Source: a virus (lineage: Duplodnaviria > Caudoviricetes). Taken from it: 63,202 bases of DNA. The stretch lies in the IMG/VR virus record IMGVR_UViG_3300030329_003706, positions 1-63,202 of that record. The stretch is one strand, 5' to 3'. Below the pieces are notes generated by a model. The model saw nothing but the letters and a program-made list of their open reading frames with translations, was not told where the DNA came from and ran no database searches. Made by a program: the position numbers and the translations under genes. Of this stretch, positions 45,300-55,942 are shown piece after piece (the stretch's first letter is position 1; each line of letters starts with the position of its first letter).

Positions 45300-46739
45300 A
45301 TGCGATACAAATTTAAACATAAGCCGTATGAGCATCAGCTCACGGCATTAGAAAAATCCTGGGATAAGGAATATTTTGCTTATTTTATGGACATGGGTAC
45401 AGGTAAGTCTAAAGTTCTTATAGACAACATATCCATGCTCTACGATAAAGGAAATATTTCTGCATCTCTTATAATCGCCCCAAAGGGTGTGTATAAAAAC
45501 TGGGAACGCAAAGAATTACCCACTCATCTACCAGACCATATAAAAGCGAATATTGTTTCCTGGTCTCCAGAAAAAACTAAAAAGAAAACAGAAGAATTAA
45601 AAACCTTATTACAGGTTGGTGAAGACTTACAAATATTTCTTATGAACGTTGAAGCACTAAGCACTAAAAGAGGTGTAGACATAGCAGGGAATTTCTTACT
45701 GCATCACAGGTGCTTATTAGCTGTAGATGAAAGTACAACTATAAAAAGCAAGTCAGCTAGAAGAACAAAAAACCTAATAAAATTAGGTAAACAGGCTCCA
45801 TATAGGAGGATACTTACAGGATCTCCTGTTACTAAATCACCTTTAGATTTATTTACACAGTGTGAGTTTTTAGAAAATTATGTGCTGAAACAAGGAAGTT
45901 ATTGGACATTTCAAAACAGGTATGCTAAAATGGTTCGTAGAACTATGGGAGCTCATAGTTTCAACCAAATAACAGGATACCAAAATCTTGATGAACTTAA
46001 TGGTATCATTGAACCTTTCAGCTTTCGTGTTCGTAAAGAAGATTGTTTAGATTTACCTGATAAGGTGTACACCAAGCGTACTGTAGAGTTAACAGATGAA
46101 CAGAAAAAACTTTATGAACAAATGCGTCGTACAGCTCTTGCTGTTATAGAAAATGAAGGTATGGTTACTGCTCCAACAGTATTGACACAATTACTAAGGC
46201 TTCAACAAGTATGTTCGGGGTTTGCTAAGTTAGAAGATGGCAGGGTGATAACTGTTAAAACTAACAAACTTCAAGAACTAATGGACGCTTTGGAGGAAGT
46301 CGATGGGAAAGTTATTATTTGGGCAAACTTTACCCATGATTTAATTAGCATAAAATCAACATTAGATAAAGTTTATGGGGAGGGCTGTGCAGAGTTGTTT
46401 TATGGTGAAACTCCTGCTAATGAACGACAATTAATTGTTGAACGTTTTCAAGACCCTAATAGTTCACTTAGGTTTTTTGTAGGACAACCACGCACAGGAG
46501 GCTATGGTCTAACTCTTACAGAAGCGAAAACAGTTATATACTATAGCAATGGATATGATTTAGAGGTTAGACTACAAAGTGAGGATAGAGCTCATAGAAT
46601 AGGACAAACAAATAAAGTAACCTATATAGACATTATCGCTGAAAAAACAGTTGATGAAAAGATAATCAAGGCGTTAAGAAATAAAATTGATATAAGTAGT
46701 AGTGTATTGGCAGAGGGACATAGGGAATGGATAATATAA
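45300..46739 (+). CDS. SNF2-family helicase
   Basis: MDMGTGKS, VDEST, LTGSP, GYGLTL and QSEDRAHRIGQ motifs. Confidence 0.93.
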   Translation: MRYKFKHKPYEHQLTALEKSWDKEYFAYFMDMGTGKSKVLIDNISMLYDKGNISASLIIAPKGVYKNWERKELPTHLPDHIKANIVSWSPEKTKKKTEELKTLLQVGEDLQIFLMNVEALSTKRGVDIAGNFLLHHRCLLAVDESTTIKSKSARRTKNLIKLGKQAPYRRILTGSPVTKSPLDLFTQCEFLENYVLKQGSYWTFQNRYAKMVRRTMGAHSFNQITGYQNLDELNGIIEPFSFRVRKEDCLDLPDKVYTKRTVELTDEQKKLYEQMRRTALAVIENEGMVTAPTVLTQLLRLQQVCSGFAKLEDGRVITVKTNKLQELMDALEEVDGKVIIWANFTHDLISIKSTLDKVYGEGCAELFYGETPANERQLIVERFQDPNSSLRFFVGQPRTGGYGLTLTEAKTVIYYSNGYDLEVRLQSEDRAHRIGQTNKVTYIDIIAEKTVDEKIIKALRNKIDISSSVLAEGHREWII

Positions 46740-46771
46740 CTCTTATCGCATTGCTTTATTTGTTTGGGGTG

Positions 46772-46954
46772 TTAGTCTTGCTTGTTTTCAACCACTAGGG
46801 GTTTACAATAAGCTGAATAATTCCTTGTTTTACCTGCTAATGAGTTATTTATAGTTTCTTCATACCATTTACATTTTTGATAGCTAGGATATGTTATTTC
46901 TCCCTCTGGTTGGGTGTTGTTCATAACAGTCAGAATAAATACTAATGTTTTCAT
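46772..46954 (-). CDS. Small hypothetical protein
   Basis: Coupled ORF with a Cys pair. Confidence 0.5.
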   Translation of the reverse strand: MKTLVFILTVMNNTQPEGEITYPSYQKCKWYEETINNSLAGKTRNYSAYCKPLVVENKQD

Positions 46955-47454
46955 TTAAAACTATCGTTTAACGAATCTACCACACTATCTATATTTGGTT
47001 CTTTACCATTTGGATCATATTTACATTGATATTCCATTGGGCATTGACCTTCTACCACTAATGTATATGTATCATTAGCTCCTTTATACAAACACACTTC
47101 CTGTCCATTTTTTGCTTTTCTTCTTTTATATCTTCTACAAGTTATGTATTTTGGGTCTTCTCTTATGCCTTTTCGTATTTCTTGTTCCCAAGTCCAATCA
47201 CTAAATTTCTTTAAGAAACAGGTAAAACATTGCTTTATATTTTCTGATTTAGCTAGATATATTATTTCACCATCAGCACATAGCCACTCAAATGTTTCTT
47301 GTCCACCGTCTCTTCTTAAACAATTAATCCCACCATCCTCTGTCGACCCCCATGAGGGAGTAAGTGAATAGACCAAGAACAGCCAAACCAATAGAAAGAA
47401 CAACAACGAGGGCAACAATCCCAATGATTTTTTCTCTAAATTTTTGTCTATCAT
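46951..47454 (-). CDS. Cys-rich putative exported or membrane-anchored protein
   Basis: N-terminal hydrophobic stretch and 8 Cys; overlaps the upstream gene by 131 bp. Confidence 0.55.
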   Translation of the reverse strand: MIDKNLEKKSLGLLPSLLFFLLVWLFLVYSLTPSWGSTEDGGINCLRRDGGQETFEWLCADGEIIYLAKSENIKQCFTCFLKKFSDWTWEQEIRKGIREDPKYITCRRYKRRKAKNGQEVCLYKGANDTYTLVVEGQCPMEYQCKYDPNGKEPNIDSVVDSLNDSFK

Positions 47455-47821
47455 ATATTTCTTTTTGCCTTCTTTTACGAATTTGACCTTCCATTGCTAA
47501 TAACTCATCCCACGCTTTACTTCCATGAGTGAACATTAAAAATTGTTTCAGTTCATATCTTTGTTCTTCTAATTTCTTTTTTGCCGTAAACGCCTCAATC
47601 GCTTCTTGTTCAATACTACCCCCACCAAACACTTTTCGTATCATAGAGGGATTTTTTGCTGATTTATGAGCATTGTCTACATCACTTACAGCACCCATCC
47701 ATCTTGATAAATCTTGAGACATTGATTCCAAATCACGTCCTGCTTGAAAGGCTCTCTTTATGCCTGCGAAAGCTGTAGAAGCTGTGCTTACAGCTACAGA
47801 AATACTAACTGGATCGAACAT
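47324..47821 (-). CDS. Membrane protein with C-terminal TM helix
   Basis: MFDPVS..A.STA.TAF N-terminus; coiled coil; terminal TM segment. Confidence 0.6.
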   Translation of the reverse strand: MFDPVSISVAVSTASTAFAGIKRAFQAGRDLESMSQDLSRWMGAVSDVDNAHKSAKNPSMIRKVFGGGSIEQEAIEAFTAKKKLEEQRYELKQFLMFTHGSKAWDELLAMEGQIRKRRQKEIYDRQKFREKIIGIVALVVVLSIGLAVLGLFTYSLMGVDRGWWD

Positions 47822-47824
47822 TAT

Positions 47825-50800
47825 TTATCCTAAAAGGGTGTTTATCCCGCCTGTAGGCGATCTTCTTTTTGCAATGGCGATGGCTGTAGCATCGTTTGGA
47901 AATAAACTGGCAACATCTGTGGTAGATTGTTGATTGGGCATCAAACTGGTTGTTGGTCCGATGATTCTAGAAAGAGGAGGAGGTTGTATCGGAGGCTGAA
48001 AGGTTTCTTCTTTTTTAGGTCTTGGTTGAGGTTCTGTTATGGGTTCAGTTGTTATGTTTGGTAAAAGCTCTATAGTTTCTGTTCCAACAGGTCCTGAAAC
48101 ACTTTCACTTAAAGATTCCCCATAATCCACACCAAGAGTATACAGGTAGGCGTTTATAAATCTTTTGTTTTTCTCTGTAATACCACCAGAACTTACTCCA
48201 TTTTGTTCTTCAACTAATCGTTTTGCCAGAGTAGGATTAAACATAGCTTCTCTAAATAAAGCATCTGCCCTTGCACTAGTTCTAGATGAAAGTGCTCTAA
48301 AAAGCCCCCAAGCGGCGACTGATTTAGGTCCAACACGCTTTTCTTGCAAAGCTACAAACCTTGTTGCTAAAGCAGGAGGGCTTGATCCAAAAGCTTGTGT
48401 GAATTTTTCAATAGCTCCTTCGGGTATTATACCTGTGCCTCCTGGTTCAATTCCTGTTGCGATCGCTCTTTCTGTGGCATCAGCAAGTAACCACATATTA
48501 TCAACATGGGATTTATCAAGAGCAATATCTAATATTTTGTGGTGCTTGTTTAGTGCAGATTTAAAAGCAACTGGATCCTGCCATGTTTTTTCAGGGAACA
48601 ATCTGCTTATGATCGCCGCATTAAACACCTCCGTTGCTTCATTACTAGACATAACACTGTTTTTCAAACTTGCTTCTCTGGTAACAGCTTTTTTCAGGTC
48701 AAGCATTAATTTAGGACTTCTTAAAGCATCATCTAGCAATTTGTCAGGAGAATTGTATCCCTGTGTGTTTCTTAAAAGTGTTTTCATTAACAAGTTAGAA
48801 TTTATTGCTTTCCTTCTGTTAACTAATGATTCTTGTCTTTTTAGTAAAGATCTAAGTAAAGTCTCTGTGTTTGAAATATCTTCAAACAAACCAAGCTCAG
48901 AAAGAACTTCACTATTCTTGTTTATGTAGGTATTTAATTTATCAGGATCAAGTACGCTTTTATTTTTGTTGTACACTTGGTTATGAATCTTATCAAGAAT
49001 TATGTTTTTCATATGTTTTTGAGCTAACGGATCATTTTCAAAAACTTGCATGAAGTGTTTTGCAGAAACAGAATCAGTTAAAAAAGCATCTGCTACTTTT
49101 TCTCCTGGAAGGATGTAATGGGAATATTGCATACCACTTTCGGCTAATTCTTTACTAATGTTTGGAGCAAGTACTCTAGTCACTCCTCCTTTTTCAAAAG
49201 GAACAACTACGTTTTCGGAGTACCATGTTTTAAACGTATTAAAGTTTTCATTTGTTTTGCCAAAAGTGGTGGCTAACTTGTCTAATGTTTCTCCTAATAT
49301 GGTTAAGTTTCTTACATCTTGTTTATTACCTCTGGCGAAAGCAACCCCTATCTCACTTCCAACTTGATCCCTAAATGTTTTCCAATCTTGAAAAGACATT
49401 CTGCCGTTTTTAAAATCTGTTTCCATAAATTTTTTAAGAGTTTTTGGTAGCCCTGCATAAGAAATTGAAGTGACCCCTTCTTTTGGTAGAAACATTCCTT
49501 TTAATAGTTCTTGGGCGTCCACCACCTCTGTGCCTTTTGACAAAGGATCAGCAGTATTAATTCTTAGTTTTCTGGCTAACGTCTCAGCATCTTTTTTAGC
49601 TCTGTCACGAGCTGTTTTAAGAATGGTACGAATTGCCTCTCCCTCTTGTGCTACTTCTGTTCCTGTGCTTTTCTTTATTTTAGGGATAACACCTGTGTTC
49701 GAATTTGATACTATCTCTAGTTTATTGGCAACCTCTTTTTCCGCATTGCCCATTTTACCTATTAGATGTTGGTATTTATTATTGGCTTGATCAAAAACCC
49801 ACATAGGTCCATCGTCAACGGCATTCCCACTAAAGTTATCGTCCCAAAAGTTTTTAACGGCTGTTAATATGTTTGCTTTTCTATTAGCGTTTATTCTTGA
49901 AAAAGAAGGAGTACCACCTGCCTCTACTCTTTTTTGAGTTGCTAATAAAGAAGCATCTAAAGTTTGTTCTGCAGGACTGTATACAATCGGACCTTCTTGT
50001 GTGTAAGGGTTAAGTAATGTTTCTATTTCTGTAGCTTTTTCAACATTTTTTATTCCTGTGGCTGTAGTCGCCGCCGCATCTATTTCTGCTTCCACACCTT
50101 TCCTTACTTGAGCACCTTTAACTCCTGCTCCTGGATCTTGTTTACCTGAAGAAACACCTAAATTGTCCGCAGTATCAAAAATTTTATTCTTCAACCAACC
50201 AATACCTTGACCAATAGGTGATTTAGTTACAGCATAGTAAGAGACAAAAGGAGCAAAGGGTAAAAATCCTCCTAACCCCACTTGGTACTTCTCAGGTAAT
50301 AGCTCTTTTTCTAAAGCTATACCTCCACCCGATAAAGCACCTACTGTTCCTTCAAGGGCAGTTGTTACTCCAGGAGAGGTTAAATAGGGGTCAGTTATAG
50401 CTTTTTTTACACCCTCATATGTAGTCTGAGGTATTACCTTAGGAGTTTGTGCAGAAAGGTTCGCCGCTCTACCTGTTAATCCCGCAAAAGGAACAGCAAA
50501 AGCTCCACCTTGTCCCATTCCTCTAGAAAATTTAGCTAAAGTAGAATCACCACTTAAATCTCCTTTTTCTCCCAAACCAATATTTAAAACATATGGAATT
50601 AAGGGTTTTACTTTTTCATAATCCCCTGCATTAAAGATTCTTGTTAAATAGTTTCTATCAACCATATCTTTTTCAGGTATTATACCTAATCTTTCTCCTA
50701 TTTCGGCTACTGCATTTATGGCGGTATCTGGTAAAGCTAATATAATTTCATTAAAGCCGTGTAAAAAATCACTAGCTAACCCAAAATCACCATACCCTGT

Positions 50801-50956
50801 TGCATCTCTTGCACTAACTTTCTTTACCTCCGCATTAAGTTTTTCCATTTCTGGGGTTACACCAAAACCTACGTTTTCGGAGGCAGTTTGTCCTATTGCA
50901 TGAGGACTAGTCTCTAATTCTTCTTTAGTTGGGGCTGTTATTTTTATACTTGCCAT
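47825..50956 (-). CDS. Large internal virion / DNA ejection protein
   Basis: 1043 aa, helical, last of a run of large genes following the tail stabiliser. Confidence 0.6.
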   Translation of the reverse strand: MASIKITAPTKEELETSPHAIGQTASENVGFGVTPEMEKLNAEVKKVSARDATGYGDFGLASDFLHGFNEIILALPDTAINAVAEIGERLGIIPEKDMVDRNYLTRIFNAGDYEKVKPLIPYVLNIGLGEKGDLSGDSTLAKFSRGMGQGGAFAVPFAGLTGRAANLSAQTPKVIPQTTYEGVKKAITDPYLTSPGVTTALEGTVGALSGGGIALEKELLPEKYQVGLGGFLPFAPFVSYYAVTKSPIGQGIGWLKNKIFDTADNLGVSSGKQDPGAGVKGAQVRKGVEAEIDAAATTATGIKNVEKATEIETLLNPYTQEGPIVYSPAEQTLDASLLATQKRVEAGGTPSFSRINANRKANILTAVKNFWDDNFSGNAVDDGPMWVFDQANNKYQHLIGKMGNAEKEVANKLEIVSNSNTGVIPKIKKSTGTEVAQEGEAIRTILKTARDRAKKDAETLARKLRINTADPLSKGTEVVDAQELLKGMFLPKEGVTSISYAGLPKTLKKFMETDFKNGRMSFQDWKTFRDQVGSEIGVAFARGNKQDVRNLTILGETLDKLATTFGKTNENFNTFKTWYSENVVVPFEKGGVTRVLAPNISKELAESGMQYSHYILPGEKVADAFLTDSVSAKHFMQVFENDPLAQKHMKNIILDKIHNQVYNKNKSVLDPDKLNTYINKNSEVLSELGLFEDISNTETLLRSLLKRQESLVNRRKAINSNLLMKTLLRNTQGYNSPDKLLDDALRSPKLMLDLKKAVTREASLKNSVMSSNEATEVFNAAIISRLFPEKTWQDPVAFKSALNKHHKILDIALDKSHVDNMWLLADATERAIATGIEPGGTGIIPEGAIEKFTQAFGSSPPALATRFVALQEKRVGPKSVAAWGLFRALSSRTSARADALFREAMFNPTLAKRLVEEQNGVSSGGITEKNKRFINAYLYTLGVDYGESLSESVSGPVGTETIELLPNITTEPITEPQPRPKKEETFQPPIQPPPLSRIIGPTTSLMPNQQSTTDVASLFPNDATAIAIAKRRSPTGGINTLLG

Positions 50957-50964
50957 TGTCTTTC

Positions 50965-53406
50965 CTAAAAATTGATTTGGTCACCTATTTTTAAATCCAC
51001 ATGAGATTCACCTTGTGGTACAAGATGCCCTAGACCTTGCCTAACAGCTTCTGCTTTTGTCATTCTTATAAATTTGCCTGCAAGTCTTGCTTTTCCTCCT
51101 GGTTTTGCTGACAATATCATTAAAGTATCATATTGTCCATGTCCACTAAACAAGAAAGGATCGTTAGCTGTTCCTGTGGGCATTGCAGTTAAATATGGAA
51201 TTTCTAACTTCTCTTCTACAAGACCTCTATTATAACTTAATTCGTTTTGTAAGTTTCTCAAAATCTCAACAAACTTAACCTCACTCATTTTGGCACTTTT
51301 CCAAAAGCCTTTAGGATCTTGAGCCAACTCTTTGATCATTTCTTGCTCTTTTACAGCAAATCTGTCAGATAAAGCGACTGCGGCAATTAATTCTCTTGAC
51401 CAAAGATTCATAGCCTGTCTGCCTCTTGCTGTTGCCGCGAAATCAACTAAAGCACTCCAACTATCAGGTGAAAATCCTCCTACCCAATTAGAAGTCCAAT
51501 CTTTTATCGAGTTGTAAGGACCTATTGCATCTCCAATCAAACTTAAGACTTCTTCTCCTGCGGCGATAGCTTTTGTATTAGCTATTATTTTCCTGTGCAT
51601 TTTATTAACTTGTTCGTTTGAAAAATGAGCATACGGTATTCCAGGAGATTTAATAGTTTTGACTAAAGGATCTCCACTTAATAAAGCATTATTTGCATCT
51701 CTTACAGGAATTTGTAGTTCATATGCAAAACCCAAACTGTCATCTAGTCCCTCTATTTTAGTCAAGAACCTTTGTCCTTGTCTTGGACCTACTTTGATAG
51801 TGGCGAATATTCTGCCTCCATCTGCTTCAGAAATCTCAATAGCATCATTCATCCCTCCGATGAGAAATCCTCTAGGGGCTAATTTAGGAGCTCCCCCTCC
51901 TCCAGGAGTATACCAAAAAGAGCCGTTTAAATAAAAACCTGCATACTGATTATATCCTGTTTTGGATTTACCTGTTGGATCAGGAAGTAACATTTTGTCT
52001 ATTTTCTTAGCTTCCGATAAATCTACCGCCGCATTTGGGTTAGATGCCGCAAGAGCATTTTTATCATAAGGAACATATCCCGCAGGAACCTTAACCCAGT
52101 CATTTGTTTCTGGGTCAAGATATTTGACGGTATCTTGAAATCTTCTAACTCCAATCACGTCTATCTTACTTTTTCCTTCAGATGTAATAACCTTTGCCCA
52201 AGTCTCACTACCTAAAGCGGCGAATTGATTATTTGCTTGCCACATCATTCTTACTGTATCATTGAACTTTTTAACCTCTGCTTGTGATTGAAGAATACCC
52301 TTATTAACTGCATCTTTTTGAGCGGCTAAAATGGCTTGCTCAACATTGTTTTGGGCTGAAGCATTTCTAGCAAGAGCCGCATTAGCAATGGATATTTCTT
52401 GAGCTTGTCTTGTTCTATCGATTTCTTTTGATTCTTGTATAGAAGCAAGCTTCAAGGCACGTTCTTTTTCACTTAGATCTGAAGCGATTTTTTGAAATCC
52501 AGGAGCAGATTCTCCTGCGGCGGCTGTCGCCGCTTGTAATAAGTTTTCTGGAGACTGAGCTATATTAGCTCCCATTTTCATAAGCTCTAAAAACCCCTGT
52601 GTTTTTGCTGAATCTCTGTCTGATTCACCAAACATTTCTTGGTATTCTTGTAATATCTCTTCAGAAGACCTTTTCTTTGGTAAATAAGGACTTAACTGAG
52701 CAATTGAAGCATCTACTCCAGGACCTGATCCTCCTGTCAATGCTTCTAAATAAGGAGACATCAAACTCATGTATTGGGTTGAGTAATCTTTTACCATAGA
52801 AGGGTTTATAGCCAGTAATGGAGGTGGTGATAAATTTGATGATAAATAAGGAGTGTTAAGGTTATAGTTTCCTATATTAAAATCAGTTGAGGTTGAGTTG
52901 ATTTTACCATAGGGCAAATGACTTTTTATATTGTCGTAAACATTTTCAGCATCTGTACTACCACTTTGACGATAAATAGGTTGTTCCCCCATAGCAATAC
53001 GCATACTTGCTTCTTCTGTTCCAGGAGCTTGTATAGGCACGTCAGAAATGCCTCCTTCTGGGGCTTGTTGTGCCACCTCTAATATAGTTAAGGTAGGCTG
53101 TACGAGCGTTAAAACGGTCTCAGGGGTTTGTTCTGCATCTTCTTTACCAACATACATAGCTAATTCATTGTAACGCTCCTCCATACTGGCATTGTCACCC
53201 CGAATAGCGTTTATTGTTTCTTCAGGCGTTTCTGAAGCATCAATTTTATTAAACATATCTTGCACACCACCTGCTACTTGACCTAATCCTTGTTCAGTGA
53301 CCATTTGTTCTTGTTGCATTGGGTCAGTTAAACCAGAGGTGATTCCTACCCCTTCTGCTGAGGGCATAGGTGCATTAAACATTGGTCTATTCATTGGATT
53401 CATCAT
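50965..53406 (-). CDS. Internal virion / DNA ejection protein
   Basis: MNRPMF...GITSGL N-terminus; Ala/Gln-rich coiled coil. Confidence 0.6.
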   Translation of the reverse strand: MMNPMNRPMFNAPMPSAEGVGITSGLTDPMQQEQMVTEQGLGQVAGGVQDMFNKIDASETPEETINAIRGDNASMEERYNELAMYVGKEDAEQTPETVLTLVQPTLTILEVAQQAPEGGISDVPIQAPGTEEASMRIAMGEQPIYRQSGSTDAENVYDNIKSHLPYGKINSTSTDFNIGNYNLNTPYLSSNLSPPPLLAINPSMVKDYSTQYMSLMSPYLEALTGGSGPGVDASIAQLSPYLPKKRSSEEILQEYQEMFGESDRDSAKTQGFLELMKMGANIAQSPENLLQAATAAAGESAPGFQKIASDLSEKERALKLASIQESKEIDRTRQAQEISIANAALARNASAQNNVEQAILAAQKDAVNKGILQSQAEVKKFNDTVRMMWQANNQFAALGSETWAKVITSEGKSKIDVIGVRRFQDTVKYLDPETNDWVKVPAGYVPYDKNALAASNPNAAVDLSEAKKIDKMLLPDPTGKSKTGYNQYAGFYLNGSFWYTPGGGGAPKLAPRGFLIGGMNDAIEISEADGGRIFATIKVGPRQGQRFLTKIEGLDDSLGFAYELQIPVRDANNALLSGDPLVKTIKSPGIPYAHFSNEQVNKMHRKIIANTKAIAAGEEVLSLIGDAIGPYNSIKDWTSNWVGGFSPDSWSALVDFAATARGRQAMNLWSRELIAAVALSDRFAVKEQEMIKELAQDPKGFWKSAKMSEVKFVEILRNLQNELSYNRGLVEEKLEIPYLTAMPTGTANDPFLFSGHGQYDTLMILSAKPGGKARLAGKFIRMTKAEAVRQGLGHLVPQGESHVDLKIGDQINF

Positions 53407-54374
53407 ACTATCATGCCTAAGTTTTTCATGGCTCCGTAACCACCGAGTGCTGTTGTTCCTGCTCCCACGAGTTGATTTAATACACTTGGTGAGGGCGAAC
53501 TAGAAGTAAGTGCTGTTGTTTGTCCACTTGGTAAGCCTTGTAATATATCACTGTAGAAACCAATCCGTTTATAAGGTTCATATAAATTAGCCATTTTTGT
53601 TTGGTAATCTGCCTCTAAACCTGCTTGATCTGTTTTTTGCTCTGTACTACCAAAGTTCATAAGTTGATTAAGTTGGTCACCTGTAAGTCCTGCCATTAAC
53701 TGCCCGATACCTGCCTGTTGTCCACCAAGAGTTCCCATAGCCGACCCTAATGCTCCTTGTGTAGCGGCGAGTTGACCTATTCCTTGCCCTGCCATCATTG
53801 CTCTTTTTAATTCATCTTGAGCCGCTTTCTGTGCCTGCATGAAATTTTGTGCTTGGCTTTGAGCAAGAGCTGAAGCACGATTACGATCTATTTCTGTTCC
53901 TTCAATCGCCGCTCTTGACCCACCAAAAGCTGATGGACCTCCAGGAGTACCTGTTGCTCTACCTTGTGCCTGTGATTTTTGTATATCATATGCTCTGTTA
54001 ATTTCTGCCTGAACAGCATCTTGGTAGGGGTTCATATACCCTTGTATCATCTCTTCAGATGGAGCACCTACCCCCATACCATAGAGATTTGCACCTTGTC
54101 CCACAAGACTCAATCCTCCTTGAAAAGTAGGAAGTCCTGCCCCCATTGTGGTGTAACCTGATTGTAAATAAGGCATAAAGTTTCCAATACCTGATTTAGA
54201 TAAATCGATAGCTGTTTGCTGTGTATCTGTTAAATCTGCTGACTTAACATCAGGTAGACCTCCTGCAGGAGGTTTACTAACTAAATCTTTTGTTTGGTCT
54301 AATAAACCAAGATAATAAGCCTGTTTTTCGGGATCAGGTAAAACCTGCGTAATTGTTTTTTCTACTTTAGCCAT
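53403..54374 (-). CDS. DNA transfer/pilot (ejection) protein
   Basis: YMNPYQ and AFGGSRA motifs; Gly/Ala/Gln-rich. Confidence 0.65.
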   Translation of the reverse strand: MAKVEKTITQVLPDPEKQAYYLGLLDQTKDLVSKPPAGGLPDVKSADLTDTQQTAIDLSKSGIGNFMPYLQSGYTTMGAGLPTFQGGLSLVGQGANLYGMGVGAPSEEMIQGYMNPYQDAVQAEINRAYDIQKSQAQGRATGTPGGPSAFGGSRAAIEGTEIDRNRASALAQSQAQNFMQAQKAAQDELKRAMMAGQGIGQLAATQGALGSAMGTLGGQQAGIGQLMAGLTGDQLNQLMNFGSTEQKTDQAGLEADYQTKMANLYEPYKRIGFYSDILQGLPSGQTTALTSSSPSPSVLNQLVGAGTTALGGYGAMKNLGMIV

Positions 54375-55552
54375 TATGCTACTCCCGCTTTTTCAGCATC
54401 TTTTTCAAATTGTTTCATCATAGCGTACATCTTTTTAGCCCCTTTGTTAACATCTCCTTTTCCTGCACCTCTTACAGCTTTAGCTGTGTGTATGAATTCA
54501 TTGTTACTTATCATGGCGGGAATAGAATCACTGGTTTCTGTTCCAGGACCAACGGCTAATCCACCTACGTTAGCTTTCATATAAAAAGGGTTATCCCCAT
54601 AAAATAAAGCAGGATCAAATCCATAATAGCCTCTATTTGCTTCGTATCGTTCTCTACCGCCTTGAATATCTGGTAGTTCTTCATCTTTATCGGCTAGCAT
54701 ATCAGCTATAGCTAAACCACCTAATGTTGTTCCCATAAGAGGACCAAACTTTTTCATAAACCCTGCATCCGCAGGTAGCCCTGCTCTGCTTGGGCTTAAA
54801 TGTTTAGCATAGAAACTCTCATCACCAACAAATTTATCTTTTAATCCACCTATACCTGCTTTAACAGATTGTGAAAATGTTTGTGGAGGTACTAAACTGG
54901 AGTCTGCCATTGCTGTCGCAGAACTGACATTTGGTCCTCCTGCTAAACTTTGAGGTCTAATCACTTTTCCTCCTGGATACATTTGGTTACTTGCTTGATA
55001 ACCAGGAAAGTTAGCCCTTTTTGAACCTAGAAATTTGCCACTCGGACCAAAATAACTACCGATTCCTGCCATTCCTCCTGTTAGAAGAGCACTTTTTAAA
55101 GCATCTTCTGGGGAGGCTCCTCCTACTATATTCCCTGCAAAACTACCAAGACCTGCGGACAAAGCCATAGGCATAGCAGGAAGCATAAAAGGCATAGCAA
55201 CTGCAAGAGCAATGGGAGCTACTTTCTTAACAACATCTTTCAACCCACTAAAAATATCTTTTAAAAAGAATTCAGGTTGTCCTGTTTCTGGGTTAATACT
55301 ATTTAATTCATTACCCACTATGTAGCGTTCAGGTTCTAAACCCATTTCACGCATTTGCTTAAAAATCATTTTCTTCATGCGTGGATTAGATTCCAACACT
55401 TCCATTGGAATAACTGTTTCACCCTCAGCGGCATGGACAATATAGGTATCGCCTTCTCTTCCATAAGAAGAAACAATATCAGCGGCATCTTTTATAGAGA
55501 AAATACCATCTGTTGGAAAAGTTTGCTGTTTAAGTGTTTCTATACCAGTCAT
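54374..55552 (-). CDS. Internal virion protein with TM segments
   Basis: GREGDTYIVH..GE, INPETGQPEFF and GPGTETSDSIPAM.SNNEF motifs. Confidence 0.65.
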   Translation of the reverse strand: MTGIETLKQQTFPTDGIFSIKDAADIVSSYGREGDTYIVHAAEGETVIPMEVLESNPRMKKMIFKQMREMGLEPERYIVGNELNSINPETGQPEFFLKDIFSGLKDVVKKVAPIALAVAMPFMLPAMPMALSAGLGSFAGNIVGGASPEDALKSALLTGGMAGIGSYFGPSGKFLGSKRANFPGYQASNQMYPGGKVIRPQSLAGGPNVSSATAMADSSLVPPQTFSQSVKAGIGGLKDKFVGDESFYAKHLSPSRAGLPADAGFMKKFGPLMGTTLGGLAIADMLADKDEELPDIQGGRERYEANRGYYGFDPALFYGDNPFYMKANVGGLAVGPGTETSDSIPAMISNNEFIHTAKAVRGAGKGDVNKGAKKMYAMMKQFEKDAEKAGVA

Positions 55553-55642
55553 TTATCTACCTATTGCCATTGAGCAGGGACAGCGAAATCCTGATATACG
55601 CTTAAAACCATATAATAATTGTACTTTCATCATTTTGCAACC

Positions 55643-55942
55643 TTAACCTGTTGTTACCGACACTGAGCCTATTCCCATTGTACCCCCTGTACCCTGTGGG
55701 TGAGGAATATCTACCTTACTTATTTTTAAAACCCCTCGCACTTCAAACACTGCTCCTGTTTCTAAACTTACATCTGTTTCACTGGGTACGGCTGTCATTG
55801 TGATTTTTGTTACACGCCCTTCACCTGGATTACGTTGTTGTTCTATGTATGTGCCAAAAGCTCTCACAATTTCTGCAAAATACTGTTGTTGGTAATCTAT
55901 TGGTGGGTAAGGAAAAAATGGAGCAGGTAAATTTCTAGACAT
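55643..55942 (-). CDS. Small virion protein
   Basis: Coupled to the tail stabiliser gene. Confidence 0.5.
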   Translation of the reverse strand: MSRNLPAPFFPYPPIDYQQQYFAEIVRAFGTYIEQQRNPGEGRVTKITMTAVPSETDVSLETGAVFEVRGVLKISKVDIPHPQGTGGTMGIGSVSVTTG

